Assembly: GCF_023055435.1 (NCBI RefSeq)
Contig: NW_025963835.1
Location: forward strand, 2,418,001-2,482,000
Direction: 5' to 3'
Origin: Haliotis rufescens
Taxonomy: Eukaryota
Length of the DNA stretch: 64,000 bases
The first letter of the stretch is position 1. Every line of letters starts with the position of its first letter. A program made the position numbers and the translations under genes. Positions 45,705 to 58,100 of the stretch are shown in pieces. The notes below the pieces were generated by a model. That model was not told the origin of the DNA. It saw nothing but the letters and a program-made list of their open reading frames with translations, and ran no database searches.

Positions 45705-48690
45705 CTTTATCCTACAGAGGTATATATCACTTACTAACTCGAGCAATAAACGTTATTGTTCTGTGTTAAATTAGAGACTGTGTAAGTATGCTGAGAACGA
45801 TAACTTTTTATCTGACGAATAAGGAAAGGAAAGGTCGACAGTGGAACACATTTCATCTTTAACATCTATAGTGGAATCGAGGAAATCGCTCAAGAAATCA
45901 ACTTATTTAACCTATATTGACTTCAAAGGGCTTGATATACTATTGAAGGGCTATTCTTTGAAAGAAGTTATGAAACCTTGAGATATGTGGACGGATGTAT
46001 GAGGCTATTATATATTCATATACGAGTGTTAAATGTTGTGAGGGGATTTTACTCAGTTGTTCGATGTGAGATGGGATCTGACGCAAGGATGCTTACTTTC
46101 CCCTTTGTTGTTCAACATATACATAAACGATCTCATTACTACATTAAATGTATTGAATACAGGTGAGAGGATCGACGGTACATAAACGATCTCATTACTA
46201 CATTAAATAGATTGGATATAGGTGAGAGGATCGACGGTACATAAACGATCTCATTACTACATTAAATGGATTGGATATAGGTGAGAGGATCGATGGTACA
46301 TAAACGATCTCATTACTACATTAAATGGATTGGATATAGGCGAGAGGATCGACGATACATGAACGATCTCATAACTACATTAAATGGATTGTATATAGGT
46401 GAGAGGATCGATGGTACATAAACGATCTCATAACTACATAAAATGGATTGTATATAGGTGAGAGGATCGACGGTACATAAACGATCTCATTACTACATTA
46501 AATGGAATGGATATAGGTGACAGGATCGACGATACATGAACGATCTCATTACTACATTAAATGGATTGGATATAGGTGACAGGATCGACGGTACATGAAC
46601 GATCTCATAACTACATAAAATGGATTGGATACAGGTGAGAGGATCGACGGTACATAAACGATCTCATTACTGAATTTAATGGATTGGATACAGGTAAGAG
46701 GATCGACGGTACATAAACGCTCTCATTACTACATTAAATGGATTGGATATAGGTGATAGGATCGACGGTACATAAACGATCTCATTACTACATTAAATGG
46801 ATTGGATATAGGTGAGAGGATCGGCGGTACATAAACGATCTCATTACTACATTAAATGGATTGGATATAGGTGAGAGGATCGACGGTACATAAACGATAT
46901 CATTGCTACATTAAATGGATTCATTTTGTATATATGTGGAAGGATTGACGGTACATAAACGATCTCATTACTACATTAAATGGATTGGATACAGGTGAGA
47001 GGATCGACGGTACATAAACGATCTCATTACTACATTAAATAGATTGGATATGGGTGAGAGGATCGACGGTACATAAACGATCTCATTACTACATTAAATG
47101 GATTAGATACAGGTGAGAGGATCGACGGTACATAAACGATCTCACTACTACATTAAATGGATTGGATAAAGGTGGAGAGGATCGACGGTACATAAACGAT
47201 CTCATTACTACATTAAATGGATTCATTTTGTATATATGTGAAAGATTGACGGTGCATAAACGATCTCATTACTACATTAAATGGATTGGATACAGTTCAG
47301 AGGATCGACCGTACATAAACGATCTCATTACTACATTAAATGGATTGGATATAGGTGAGAAGATCGATGGTACATAATCGATCTCATTACTACATTAAAT
47401 GGATTGGATACAGATGAGAGGATCGACGGTACATAAACGATTTCATTACTACATTTAATGGATTAGATATAGGTGAGAAGATCGATGGTACATAAACGAT
47501 CTCATTACTACATTAAATGGATTGGAAATAGGTGAGAGGATCGACGGTACATGAACGATCTCATTACTACATTAAATAGATTGGATATAGGTGAGAGGAT
47601 CGACGGTACATAAACGATCTCATTACTACATTAAATGGATTGGATATAGGTGAGAGGATCGACGGTACATGAACGATCTCATTACTACATTAAATGGATT
47701 GGAAATAGGTGAGAGGATCGACGGTACATGAACGATCTCATTACTACATTAAATAGATTGGATATAGGTGAGAGGATCGACAGTACATGAACGATCTCAT
47801 AACTACATTAAATGGATTGGATATAGGTGAGAGGATCGATGGTACATAAACGATCTCATTACTACATTAAATAGATTGGATATAGGTGAGAGGATCGACG
47901 GGACATGAACGATCTCATTACTACATTAAATAGATTGGATATAGGTGAGAGGATCGACGATACATGAACGATCTCATTACTATATTAAATGGATTTGAAA
48001 TAGGTGAGAGGATCGACGGTACATGAACGATCTCATTACTACATTAAATAGATTGGATATAGGCGAGAGGATCGACGGTACATAAACGCTCTCATTACTA
48101 CATTAAATAGATTGGATATAGGTGAGAGGATCGACGGTACATGAACGATCTCATTACTACATTAAACAGATTGGATATAGGTGAGAGGATCGACGGTACA
48201 TGAACGATCTCATTACTACATTAAATAGATTGGATATAGGTGAGAGGATCGACGGTACATGAACGATCTCATTACTACATTAAATAGATTGGAAATAGGT
48301 GAGAGGATCGACGGTACATGAACGATCTCATTACTACATTAAATAGATTGGATATAGGTGAGAGGATCGACGGTGAGACCCTCTGTGTATTGGCCTATGC
48401 AGACGACTTAGTACTGCCAGCGGAAAATGAAGCGGACCTAAATGCGCTCTTAGAATGGCTATCACTTCAAAGTCAACAAACAATTCTTCACTGTAGACGT
48501 ATGGCAACACCAAGAACAAACTGTGTTTTAAAATGTGAAAATATACCTCTTGAGATTGCTGACAGTTACGCTATAAACCTCCCTGAAGTGTTTCATGCTT
48601 CCAACGGACTCGGTATTAAAAATTATTTATCTACTGTACAGAACGTCATTTTCAAGAAATATAAAGAAGATTTAACGAGACAATAATGTG
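45705..48690 (+). mobile_element. Degenerate LINE reverse transcriptase remnant interrupted by a tandem array
   Basis: QGCLLSPLLFNIYINDL before the array and NDLITTLNRLDIGERIDGETLCVLAYADDLVLPAENEADL after it. Confidence 0.88.
46121..48374 (+). repeat. Tandem array of 38 units of 59 bp: acataaacgatctcattactacattaaatggattggatataggtgagaggatcgacggt
   Basis: Units start at 46121, 46180 and so on. 38x59 plus 12 nt from three longer variants equals 2254 bp. Confidence 0.97.
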
Positions 48691-48829
48691 TACTCAAAGC
48701 AGAAAGGGTAGCCCCTGTACCTGTAGAAACAGTCCGGGACTGCAATACCTCAATATGTATATTTTAATATGTTCCGTATGCAATGTTTTTTTGAGGCAGG
48801 ATAGAATAAATTATATGGCTGTCTGTCTT

Positions 48830-51120
48830 TATTTCTCGTACCCCTATTGTTAATACGGCTCGCAGGGGACAAAGAACTTAATTCAGGCCCATTGATTGGT
48901 GATATAACTAGTCATGACCACTCATTGTCGATCGTCCCATTAAATACCAGAAGTGTACGTAATAGGCAAAGGTATCTAACAGAATATTTGTCTGAATACG
49001 ATATAGTTTGTTGTCGATTTATCTGTAGATAATGAAACTTTACATTGGCAATCATTTAATAATCCAGTAAGGAAGGACAGAAATGCTTTTGGGGGAGGGA
49101 TTATGGTATATATCACGAAGTGCTTAACATACAAGAGAATGTACGAACCGGAAAATGTTACCGATGAAAGGCTATGGATAAAGATATCTGGCTTTATTAT
49201 ACTGTGTTTTTTACAGTTTTGGTGTCGTTTAGATAATTGTAAATTTGACACACGTTTCTATCCAATCATTGTTAGTGAAGATGTTGATGTAGAAGACAGT
49301 GGTGTGATCGACTTTGACAGTACAATATCTGATCACAGAGGTACCTATATAGAAATTGATACACACCTTTGCACCAAGAAAGCGTATTAACGGAAAGTTG
49401 TGTGTTGTGACGAAGGATACTTTTTTTAAATTGAATTAACTCAAAAACATGACCAATTTGTTTGTATTATTTAATGAATGTACAAATGGTGACAATATGT
49501 GTATGGGTTGAGTGAAAGATTGAATGATGTATTCCATCCCAAACTGTCACTATTCGACCAAATTGCAAACAATTGTTTGATTCACATTCAAGAAAGGAGT
49601 GTAGGGTACGCAATAGGTTACGAAAGAAAACAAGTGAGTGAGTGAGTGAGTGAGTATGGTTTTACGCCGCTTTTAGCAATATTCCAGCAATATCACGGCG
49701 GGGGACACCAGAAATGGGCTTCACACATTGTACCCATGTCGGGAATCGAACCCGGGTCTTCGGCGTGACGAGCGAACGCTTTAACCACTAGGCTACCCGA
49801 CCGCCCCGAAAGAAAACAAGAAGAAGTAATATAGACTATAGAAAACAACGCAATAAAGTCAACAGCATGAAAAGTTGTGCTGAAGAAAATTTCTTTTATA
49901 ACATCTATGAATTTCTTTCGGAACTACATACAGTAAATAAACAATCATATTGCCAAATAGTATGGATCATCTCCGTGCATACCCCCATTAAAGAAAACAG
50001 ATACGGATGATAATCCCTCTATATTTTCAGATTTAGAAACATCAGACACATTAAATGAATACCTGCCGTAATTAAAGGGCGCAAAGAATTACCATATTTT
50101 AAAAAAACATACTAAGAGGTACTCTCGCAGAAAATGAAATATCTGATGTAATAAAATGCCTACAAATGAATAAAGCATCTGCCCCAGACAGAATAAGAAA
50201 TAACATATTAAAGAAAACAGTGAACAGCTTTTGTATTGTTTTATGTTTGCTGTTCAATCACTGATGGACTTACAATGCTTATCCATATCAGAATGGAAAA
50301 GAGAGAAAGGAAATAATTAAGTAGTATCATTAGTTGTATTGGTCAAGTGTTTGAGAGAGTTATATTTAAGCATCGACATAACTATTTTTATGATCATAAA
50401 TTGTTATACAAATACCAGTCAGGCCTTCAAGAGGACCATTCTACTGTCAATCAATTAATAAAATTATATAATCAAATTTGTATATCTCTCGATTATAAAC
50501 AAAATTTATTTAATATATGGCATGTTTTTTGTTACGTGTCAAAAGCATTTAATCTCGTCTCGCGTAGAGGGCTCGTGCAAAAATTGGAAATAAATGGTAT
50601 TAAAGGGAATCTACTTCATAGGTTGTCAAGTTACATTTATAAGCAATCGTACTCAATTAAAACATTCTTTCTTCAATCAACTGTAACGTTATTGAATACT
50701 ATTCCTGTAGCAGGTAGTAATTGTACATATATATCCAAGTTCAAGTCATACATTCACTAAGATCAGTTTATTGCACCTTCATATTTTTCCTATAGTGTGA
50801 GAACGTTAAATAATTATCATACTCGGTAAAGATATATGAAAAGCAAGTTAAATTATGACTCATACGGAATAGAGATAAAATCTGATCCAATATGTCAATG
50901 TGGTAATCCTTGTGAAAACTCATTTAATTACTTATCAAAGTGTCCATGGTATAACCACCAAAGAGAATATGTTCATAATTATTCGGGACATTATACAGAA
51001 CGCCGGGAACAACAATGCTAAATTCGATTTAAGTTTGATGTTAAACGGAAATGAATGTTTGTTCGTTATTGAAAATCAACATATCGTTAAGGCAGTGCAA
51101 ATGACGGTAACTTATGAATG
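48830..51120 (+). mobile_element. Degenerate CR1-group LINE ORF2: 2A-like leader, APE, RT and C-terminal Cys motif
   Basis: RLAGDKELNSGP; LNTRSVRN; RKDRNAFGGGIMVYI; NKASAPD; FERVIFKH..YKYQSG..HSTVNQL..FCYVSKAFN..LE.NGIKGNLL; CQCGNPCENSFNYLSKC. Many stops and frameshifts. Confidence 0.85.
49635..49806 (-). mobile_element. Young full-length tRNA-derived SINE family A with a perfect 14-bp TSD
   Basis: TSD cgaaagaaaacaag at 49621-49634 and 49807-49820. Minus strand carries A box TAGCCTAGTGG and B box GGTTCGATTCC, and an (ACTC)n tail. Confidence 0.95.
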
Positions 51121-53017
51121 TAAAATACTTCTTCTTTTGTACATTCCTTCTATATCTAAACACTTATCTTCTTTTCTGTTTTTATTGTAGATGCTTTAGT
51201 GTACAAGCTTTTGAAAATACCATGGAGAGAGGGTCCTAAGTTGGATAACTTGTTCCAAATCCATTTCAATCTGAACCAAACCAAAAATATAACCCTGACG
51301 CAGAAGCGAGGAATTTTCAAATCAGTAATTTCCTTCAGCGAATTCGTCGAGGAATACATTAGAACAGAAAAACATGTAACAAAACGCAAAATAAAAAGAC
51401 AATCCTTAATTTGATATCTACTTTGCCATCCACATAACATCTGGATCTATATCTCGATCCTACCTTAGCAGCAAAATTATTAAAGAAGGTATGCATGGGC
51501 ACTTTGGCATGATGTAATCATAACGTGTGGTCGACTGTTCCTATTATATTACTCTCTTCATTTCTTCTTTGTAATAATAAGCTGACAAGTACATTACAAC
51601 TACATCTGACATTACACTCTCCCTTCAGAGTTGCTTCACTTGCCAATGCCAGAAAGCTATGATCATGAGTTCGGATCCCAGATGTGACCAGATAATATGT
51701 CTTGGTTTGTTAGCACCATGTCCACTGTCTAAAGTGGTACACATATTAGACCTGCAGCACTTGGGGCTTTTCTCTGATATCAAGCTAACCCGCCTTCATA
51801 TAACTGAAATAATACTTCTTTTCGCCATTAAACCAAACTCACTAACTCACTCGAACATATTTTGCGTGAGCAAACATTTTGACCACAAAGCTACCCCACA
51901 ACTCTCATAAGGGATATTTCGCTATATGGATGAAATAATGCCGATGAGACGTTAAATTTTAACTCACTCACTCATAAGGGAAATGTCATGTCATGTCATA
52001 CAAGAGAACCGGGTGAAAATGCATGCATGTCCATAATCGATGGTTTGAACATCAGCAGTTTAAATGTGGATTTTGGGAATGACCGACACTTACATATACA
52101 GCTAATCTATACTCATATGTTCTAATTATTCCCTTTTGCCATGATTTCACTGCAGGGCATCGTCATAAGATTTCAAGCTTAAAACAAATTCAGCATGAAT
52201 GCAGTTTGTATCTGTTTGTATCATATATTTAGTTTAATGGGGTTTTTTAATGTTAGGTATTGGAGAATGCGAATAGCCAAGAAAAGCCTTAGTAACTGTT
52301 CCTGCTAGTTTTTATTGTGAAATGTCGACGAATATTAAGACATATTACATGGTGTTCTGCCTGTAAAATGGAAAATATACACTTTACCGAAGATTATCAT
52401 TATTCATGTCCTTAAAATGAGGACACTAGGAATTTATTTGATTCCCATGTCAATGTTATGCAAGTATGTTGATGTGATGTTTATTCATATCGTATTAGAA
52501 TTCCTGCAATATAACTAGTTTGGGCAAACTATCAAAATATATCTATAATGCGAGTTATACTGAATAAACCATGTCTCTCCCAGATGCAACTCTACACAGA
52601 TCCGGGATTCCGAGAAATGAAAAGTTTGAGCGATCTGCGTGGAGCGAATTTGCATATATGTGTTATACTAAGTAAAAGTTTAATAGCCACTATACTTGTC
52701 ATTATATTTAAATGAAAATAACATAATTTTAACTGGAATAAATTTCAGCTTATTTTTGCTATATTACACATGGAAATTGAACAATTTTTAAAGACATTTA
52801 TTGACCTTTCTGTTGCAGTACAAAAATGACTCTCGACGCGGATTGCAAAATCGCGATTTTGAGGGTACCTCCATGATGAAAACAGGAAGTGCATCCCTAT
52901 ATTTTTAATGTTAACATCTGATTTCATGTTCAGGACATACTAATTTTTCAGAAAAAGTAGATTTTGTTGGGAGGTGGGGGGAATGCACGGTGGACCTAAG
53001 TAGCCCATGGCCTATAT

Positions 53018-53930
53018 TTGAGTGCTTTGTGCGTATGTATGAGTACTGTGTATGTGTGAGTATGTACTGCGTATGTGTGAGTATGTTCTGTGTATGTGTG
53101 AATACTGTGTATGTGTGAGTACTGTGTATGTGTGAGTATGTACTGTGTATGTGTGAGTATGTACTGTGTATGTAAGAGTACTGTGTATGTGTGAGTATGT
53201 TCTGTGTATGTGTAAGTACTGTGTATGTGTGAGTATGTACTGTGTATATGTAAGTATGTTCTGTGTATGTGTAAGTACTGTGTATGCGTGAGTATGAACT
53301 GTGTATGTGGGAGTATGTACTGTGTATGTGTGAGTATGTACTGTGTATGTGAGAGTACTCTGTATGTGTGAGTATGTTCTGTGTATGTGTAAGTACTGTG
53401 TATGTGTGAGTATGAACTGTGTATGTGTAAGTACTGTGTATGCGTGAGTATGAACTGTGTATGTGTGAGTATGTTCTGTACGGTGTAAGTACTGTGTTTG
53501 TGTGAGTATGTACTGTGTATATGTGAGTATGTTCTGTGTATGTGTGAATACTGAGTATGTGTGAGTACTGTGTATGTGTGAGTATGTACTGTGTTTGTGT
53601 GAGCATGTACTGTGTATGTGTGAGTATGTTCTGCGTATGTGTATGTGTGAGTATGTTCTGCGTATGTGTATGTGTGAGTATGTCCTGTGTATATGTGAGT
53701 ATGTTCTGTGTATGTGTGAATACTGTGTATGTGTGAGTACTGTGTATGTGTGAGTATGTGTGAGTGTGTACTGTGTATGTGTGAGTATGTACTGGGTATG
53801 TGAGAGTACTGTGTATGTGTGAGTATGGTCTGTGTATGTGCAAGTACTGTGTGTGTGTGAGTATGTTCTGTGTATGTGTAAGTACTGTGTATGCGTGAGT
53901 ATGTACTGTGTATGTGTGAGTATGTACCGT
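53018..53930. repeat. Minisatellite of 17/21-bp units (tgtgtatgtgtgagtatgtac)
   Basis: About 900 bp of tandem repeat directly upstream of duplication unit 3. Confidence 0.96.
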
Positions 53931-54003
53931 GTTCGTTTTGGAAGTTCAGCATCTCAATATTGTTTTCTCACTAAACTTCAGATGGTATTTGATTTTTTAT
54001 TTT

Positions 54004-54097
54004 AGTGAGTGGGTGAATCAGTGAGTGAGTGAGTGAGTGAGTGAATCAGTGAGTGAGTGAGTGAGTGAGTGAGTGAGTGAGTGAGTGAGTGAATGAG
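54004..54097. repeat. (GAGT)n microsatellite. Homologs at about 11549-11621 and 29111-29140
   Basis: Direct reading. Confidence 0.95.
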
Positions 54098-55113
54098 CCG
54101 GTGGGTGGGTGTTTGAGTGAGCGAGACCTAAGATATATCTATGGTCTTCACGTTTCGTGACAAATGCCCAATGGATCATATGACATTCATCGTGTGATAT
54201 ATAGTTGTATACTAAGTTTAAAACACAAATGTTTTGAAAGAATTGAACTTTGTATGTATGTAAGCTATATGAACATGATGATATATGCTATGCTTTTCTT
54301 TCTGCAACGTTTGTCCGCTAAAACATGAATCTATAGCAAGCTATATATTTAATTTGAGTGAAATAATTTGCGCAGGCTACCAATAAAACTTTCGCTGAAA
54401 ACCATGAGAAAAAACGCCATTCTTCATCTCCAACTGAAGAACAGAGAGTTATTTAAACACAGCTCATTTAAAAGGTCCAGTTCGTGTTAGGTTTCGCCTT
54501 TCTAATGCTTGACTTTTCAGGCGGTGAGGTCCAAGATTATTGCACTTATATAGCGACATCTGCGTGTGCGTGTGCGTGTGCGTGCGCTCACGCGCGCGTG
54601 TGTGTGTGTCTGCTTGTACTAGACCGAACTGATGCCGATTTATAGTGCTAGCCCACTGAGATACCATGCCACAGTTTAACATGAATACCCAATTCAGACT
54701 ACAGTATACAAGCGCCTGTATATACCAAAGCCTATGATTCATTCATTGTTAATAGTGTTCTTAGTGAAGAGATTCATGACGCACCTTCTACAAGGAAGTA
54801 GATATACCAATGAAATTTTGTTTACCTCGTAACTTCCAGTAACATGGTCTGATCTGTCATATCGAAAGGTTATATATATATATATTCCTTTAGCACCAGC
54901 AATGATAATGATGTGGTGTGATTATATTGCGACGAATCAAACGTGGCCACGCTCAAACAGCCAAACGGCCACAAACGAAACTTGCGAAATCCGCTTATTT
55001 GACCTTGAACAAACTTCCCCCTTGTGAGCTATATAAGTAGTAGCTTCATCAGTCTTGGTATCACAACTCATGACCGAGTGACCAAGACTGTGCTGGCAAC
55101 CTTCAAGTGGCAA

Positions 55114-58100
55114 ATGAGGTTTGTCATTATTGTATCCCATAAACATACGTGTAGGTTATCACGAGGCAAATTGATTATATACTTGAATGGAGGGACTATT
55201 TCTCGTTTATGCGATTATTTTCTCGTTGTTCGATTATTGTTTCGTAATTTCGATTATTTTCTCGCAATTTCGATTATTTTCTCGTAATTTCGATTATTTT
55301 CTTGTTATTTTAAGTATATTTCAAAAACTCGAAATTTCGAGTTTTTTCACGTTTCTACGAATATTTTCTCGTCACTTCAATTAATTCTCTCGAAATTCTT
55401 GACATAAAAAAATAATTGAAATTACGTTAAAATAATCAAAATAACGAGAAAATATTCGAAGCAACCAGAAACATTTCGAAATGCCGATTTTTAAAAGAAA
55501 AACTTGAAATAACGAGAAAATTATTTCTAGAAAATGATATGAGAAATTTATTTTGAATTATCTTTCGACAGGAATCACCGAATAATGATGGCATGGAATG
55601 TTATACTCATGGCAACTGCCGTTTTGCATGTGGTGTGTTTTCAAACTGGTAGGTAAACGTAGTTTCTGCATACATGTTCAACAGTCTCAATATCAAATGA
55701 GAGGTGGTGGCATACGTTCTGATGAAACCCTATATTATCGGAAATGACATGAGTGGTTTATTTGCAAGTGACAATTAATAATTGTTAAATATTAAATGAT
55801 TCCCATCTGTACAAAGGTATCTTTAAGCATACAGTGTATCAACACCATGGGGAATCCAGGACCCACTTGCACAAAGCCATCTTAGCGGTAAGATTATCTT
55901 AAGCTATGTTGATGTATAGGCGTTACTATCATCTTAGCAATAAGATCGCTTTGTACAAGTAGGCCCTGGTAAGAATGGATCACTTTGTCACCTCGCTTTT
56001 TATGTCAGGAGAGCAGTGTGTGGATTTTCAAGACATTCCTGAGGTCGCTAGACGAAACCCGAACATCGCAACCCAGGTTGGAGGAGCCACAATAAATGAC
56101 AGAAGGCTCCCTCAAGGGTGGTACGGCGCCGGTAACTATGTACTTGAGGATAGTGCCCCTGGGTTCCTCCGCTGCGGATCACTGTACCCGATATGGCGAA
56201 AAAGTGAGTTTACTTTCACACACATTGCTCACTTTATTAAGAGATTGGTTTTATTGGTTTGTCGTTTTACGCTGCACTCAGCAATATTCCAGCTATATGA
56301 CGGCGGTCTGTAAATATTAGAGACTGGACCAGACAATCCAGTGGTCGACATCATGGGCATCGATCCATGTAATTGGGATCGATGACGTGCTTCAAACCAA
56401 GTCATCGAGCCTGATCATGACCACCTGATCCCGTTAGTCGCCTCTTACGACAAGCATAGTCGCCTTTTACGGGCATGGGTTGCTTGAGACCTAGTCTATC
56501 CCGCATCTGAGATTGGTATTCCATTCTTGTCACGTGATATAGTCAAAAGAAATTCGTAGAATCCCAAACTCAACTTATAACGTCTACATTTCCCAATTTC
56601 TTAGGTGCTTTTCAAATTATTCACACATTTTGTATACAACTTAGTTTTTCTTCGCTTTTCATTCACGTTTTTACCCAAAACGCTTTGGTAAAGTCATTCC
56701 AGAAATGTCACAGGAGACATTCAGATGAATATAATAATATTACAGGTCGCATTTCTTCATGATGCGCGATGCTATCTTATATGATGACATTTACATTTCA
56801 CACCTTTTTTTCTCACTTTCATTCTCCCTTTGATGACACTTATGTGGGAAGCGGGTCCTTCCCGAAGAGAAGATATTTACCTGGTGACACGATTCATTTC
56901 AGTGATCCATCCATGTAATTCCATCACTAATGTGCCCTTTTCGACGTATTTGATGTTGTTTAGTGCGCAAAGTTCAACTGTTGGTCATATGAATCTGATA
57001 GCAATTTTAAAACATTTTCCTTATGTCTTAAACCTCCGTCCTTTGGGGAAAAAACATCCAGGTTCTGAAAAATATACCTAAAAGACAGCAATGTTAAAAG
57101 CAAACGTAATAATATTAGCCAAAGACAAAACAAATGATAGTTACTTCAATTAACAAATCAATATTTATTATATTGTAATGTAGTAACTTTTCTTACAGGT
57201 ATTTCTGGAACAACAGCAACCATGTGTATTCAAGATACATCTAACACATGTTCGAATCAGTTTACCGTACAAGTTGAGGACTGCAACGGCTACACAGTCT
57301 ACTATCTGATAGCATCACCTATTCATCAGAGCTCCTACTGTTTCCGTAAGCTTTTGGATGTCTTATTTTACTTGCTTCTCCTCTCAACTTGTCATTAAAA
57401 TGGAATGTAAAGAAGTGTCAAAGAGGAAATAGGAATCTTGATTACTAAAGAAATCTTCACCATAGGGGAGAAGGTGGTCCAGTGACCTGTGCAGAGTTGT
57501 GCCCCTTTGTACTGCCAGGATTGGCTGATCGCCATGTTTAGCCTTGTTCGAAGTTATGTTAAATCCATTTCAGTCATTTGATTCTTTCTAATTCATAAAA
57601 AAGATGTTACAGATGTATCTTACAATTCTACCTAGCATCTAAAGAACAATGATATATTCATGTTAATTATGTTTCTATTGTGAATAACTTTCACTAATTT
57701 CATTTTTACAGGTGAGATCACTCCCAGTGAGTATATATTTCATACACTTTGGTGTATTTTATAGTATTTAATGTTTTGTTTCAGTTAATAAATAACGACC
57801 CGCCTCCGTGCTTTAGTGAATATAGCGTCTGCTCGGAGAGCGGAAGGCCGGTGGTTCAATGCCCTGGCTCCGTCACATCCAATTCGTTGAAAGATGGTTC
57901 TTGTACTTACGCTGCCTGGCGCTCGGCATTAGGATGATATAGCAATAGCAAGGACTTGCCAGCTCAGGCGCAGTATATGGTCTGAATGGGAAATCCTTGT
58001 AACTGAAAGAAAGAAAGATGCACAGACAGGCAGAGATGTGCACGCATGCTACATGAGTAAACTAATCGTGAACCGATGCTGAACTCTCCTTCACCCCACT

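Noticed and set aside
46121-48374. CRISPR-like array
   Set aside because: The units are contiguous with no unique spacers, there are no cas genes, the context is eukaryotic, and the unit derives from an RT gene.
49730-49806. tRNA gene
   Set aside because: The tRNA-like head continues into a SINE body with tail and TSD, and many copies exist in the window.
52560-53013. Possible DNA-transposon terminus
   Set aside because: No matching second terminus or TSD was found in the window, so it cannot be supported.
52911-53952. 310-aa and 318-aa minus-strand ORFs
   Set aside because: Same minisatellite, which lacks stops on that strand by composition.
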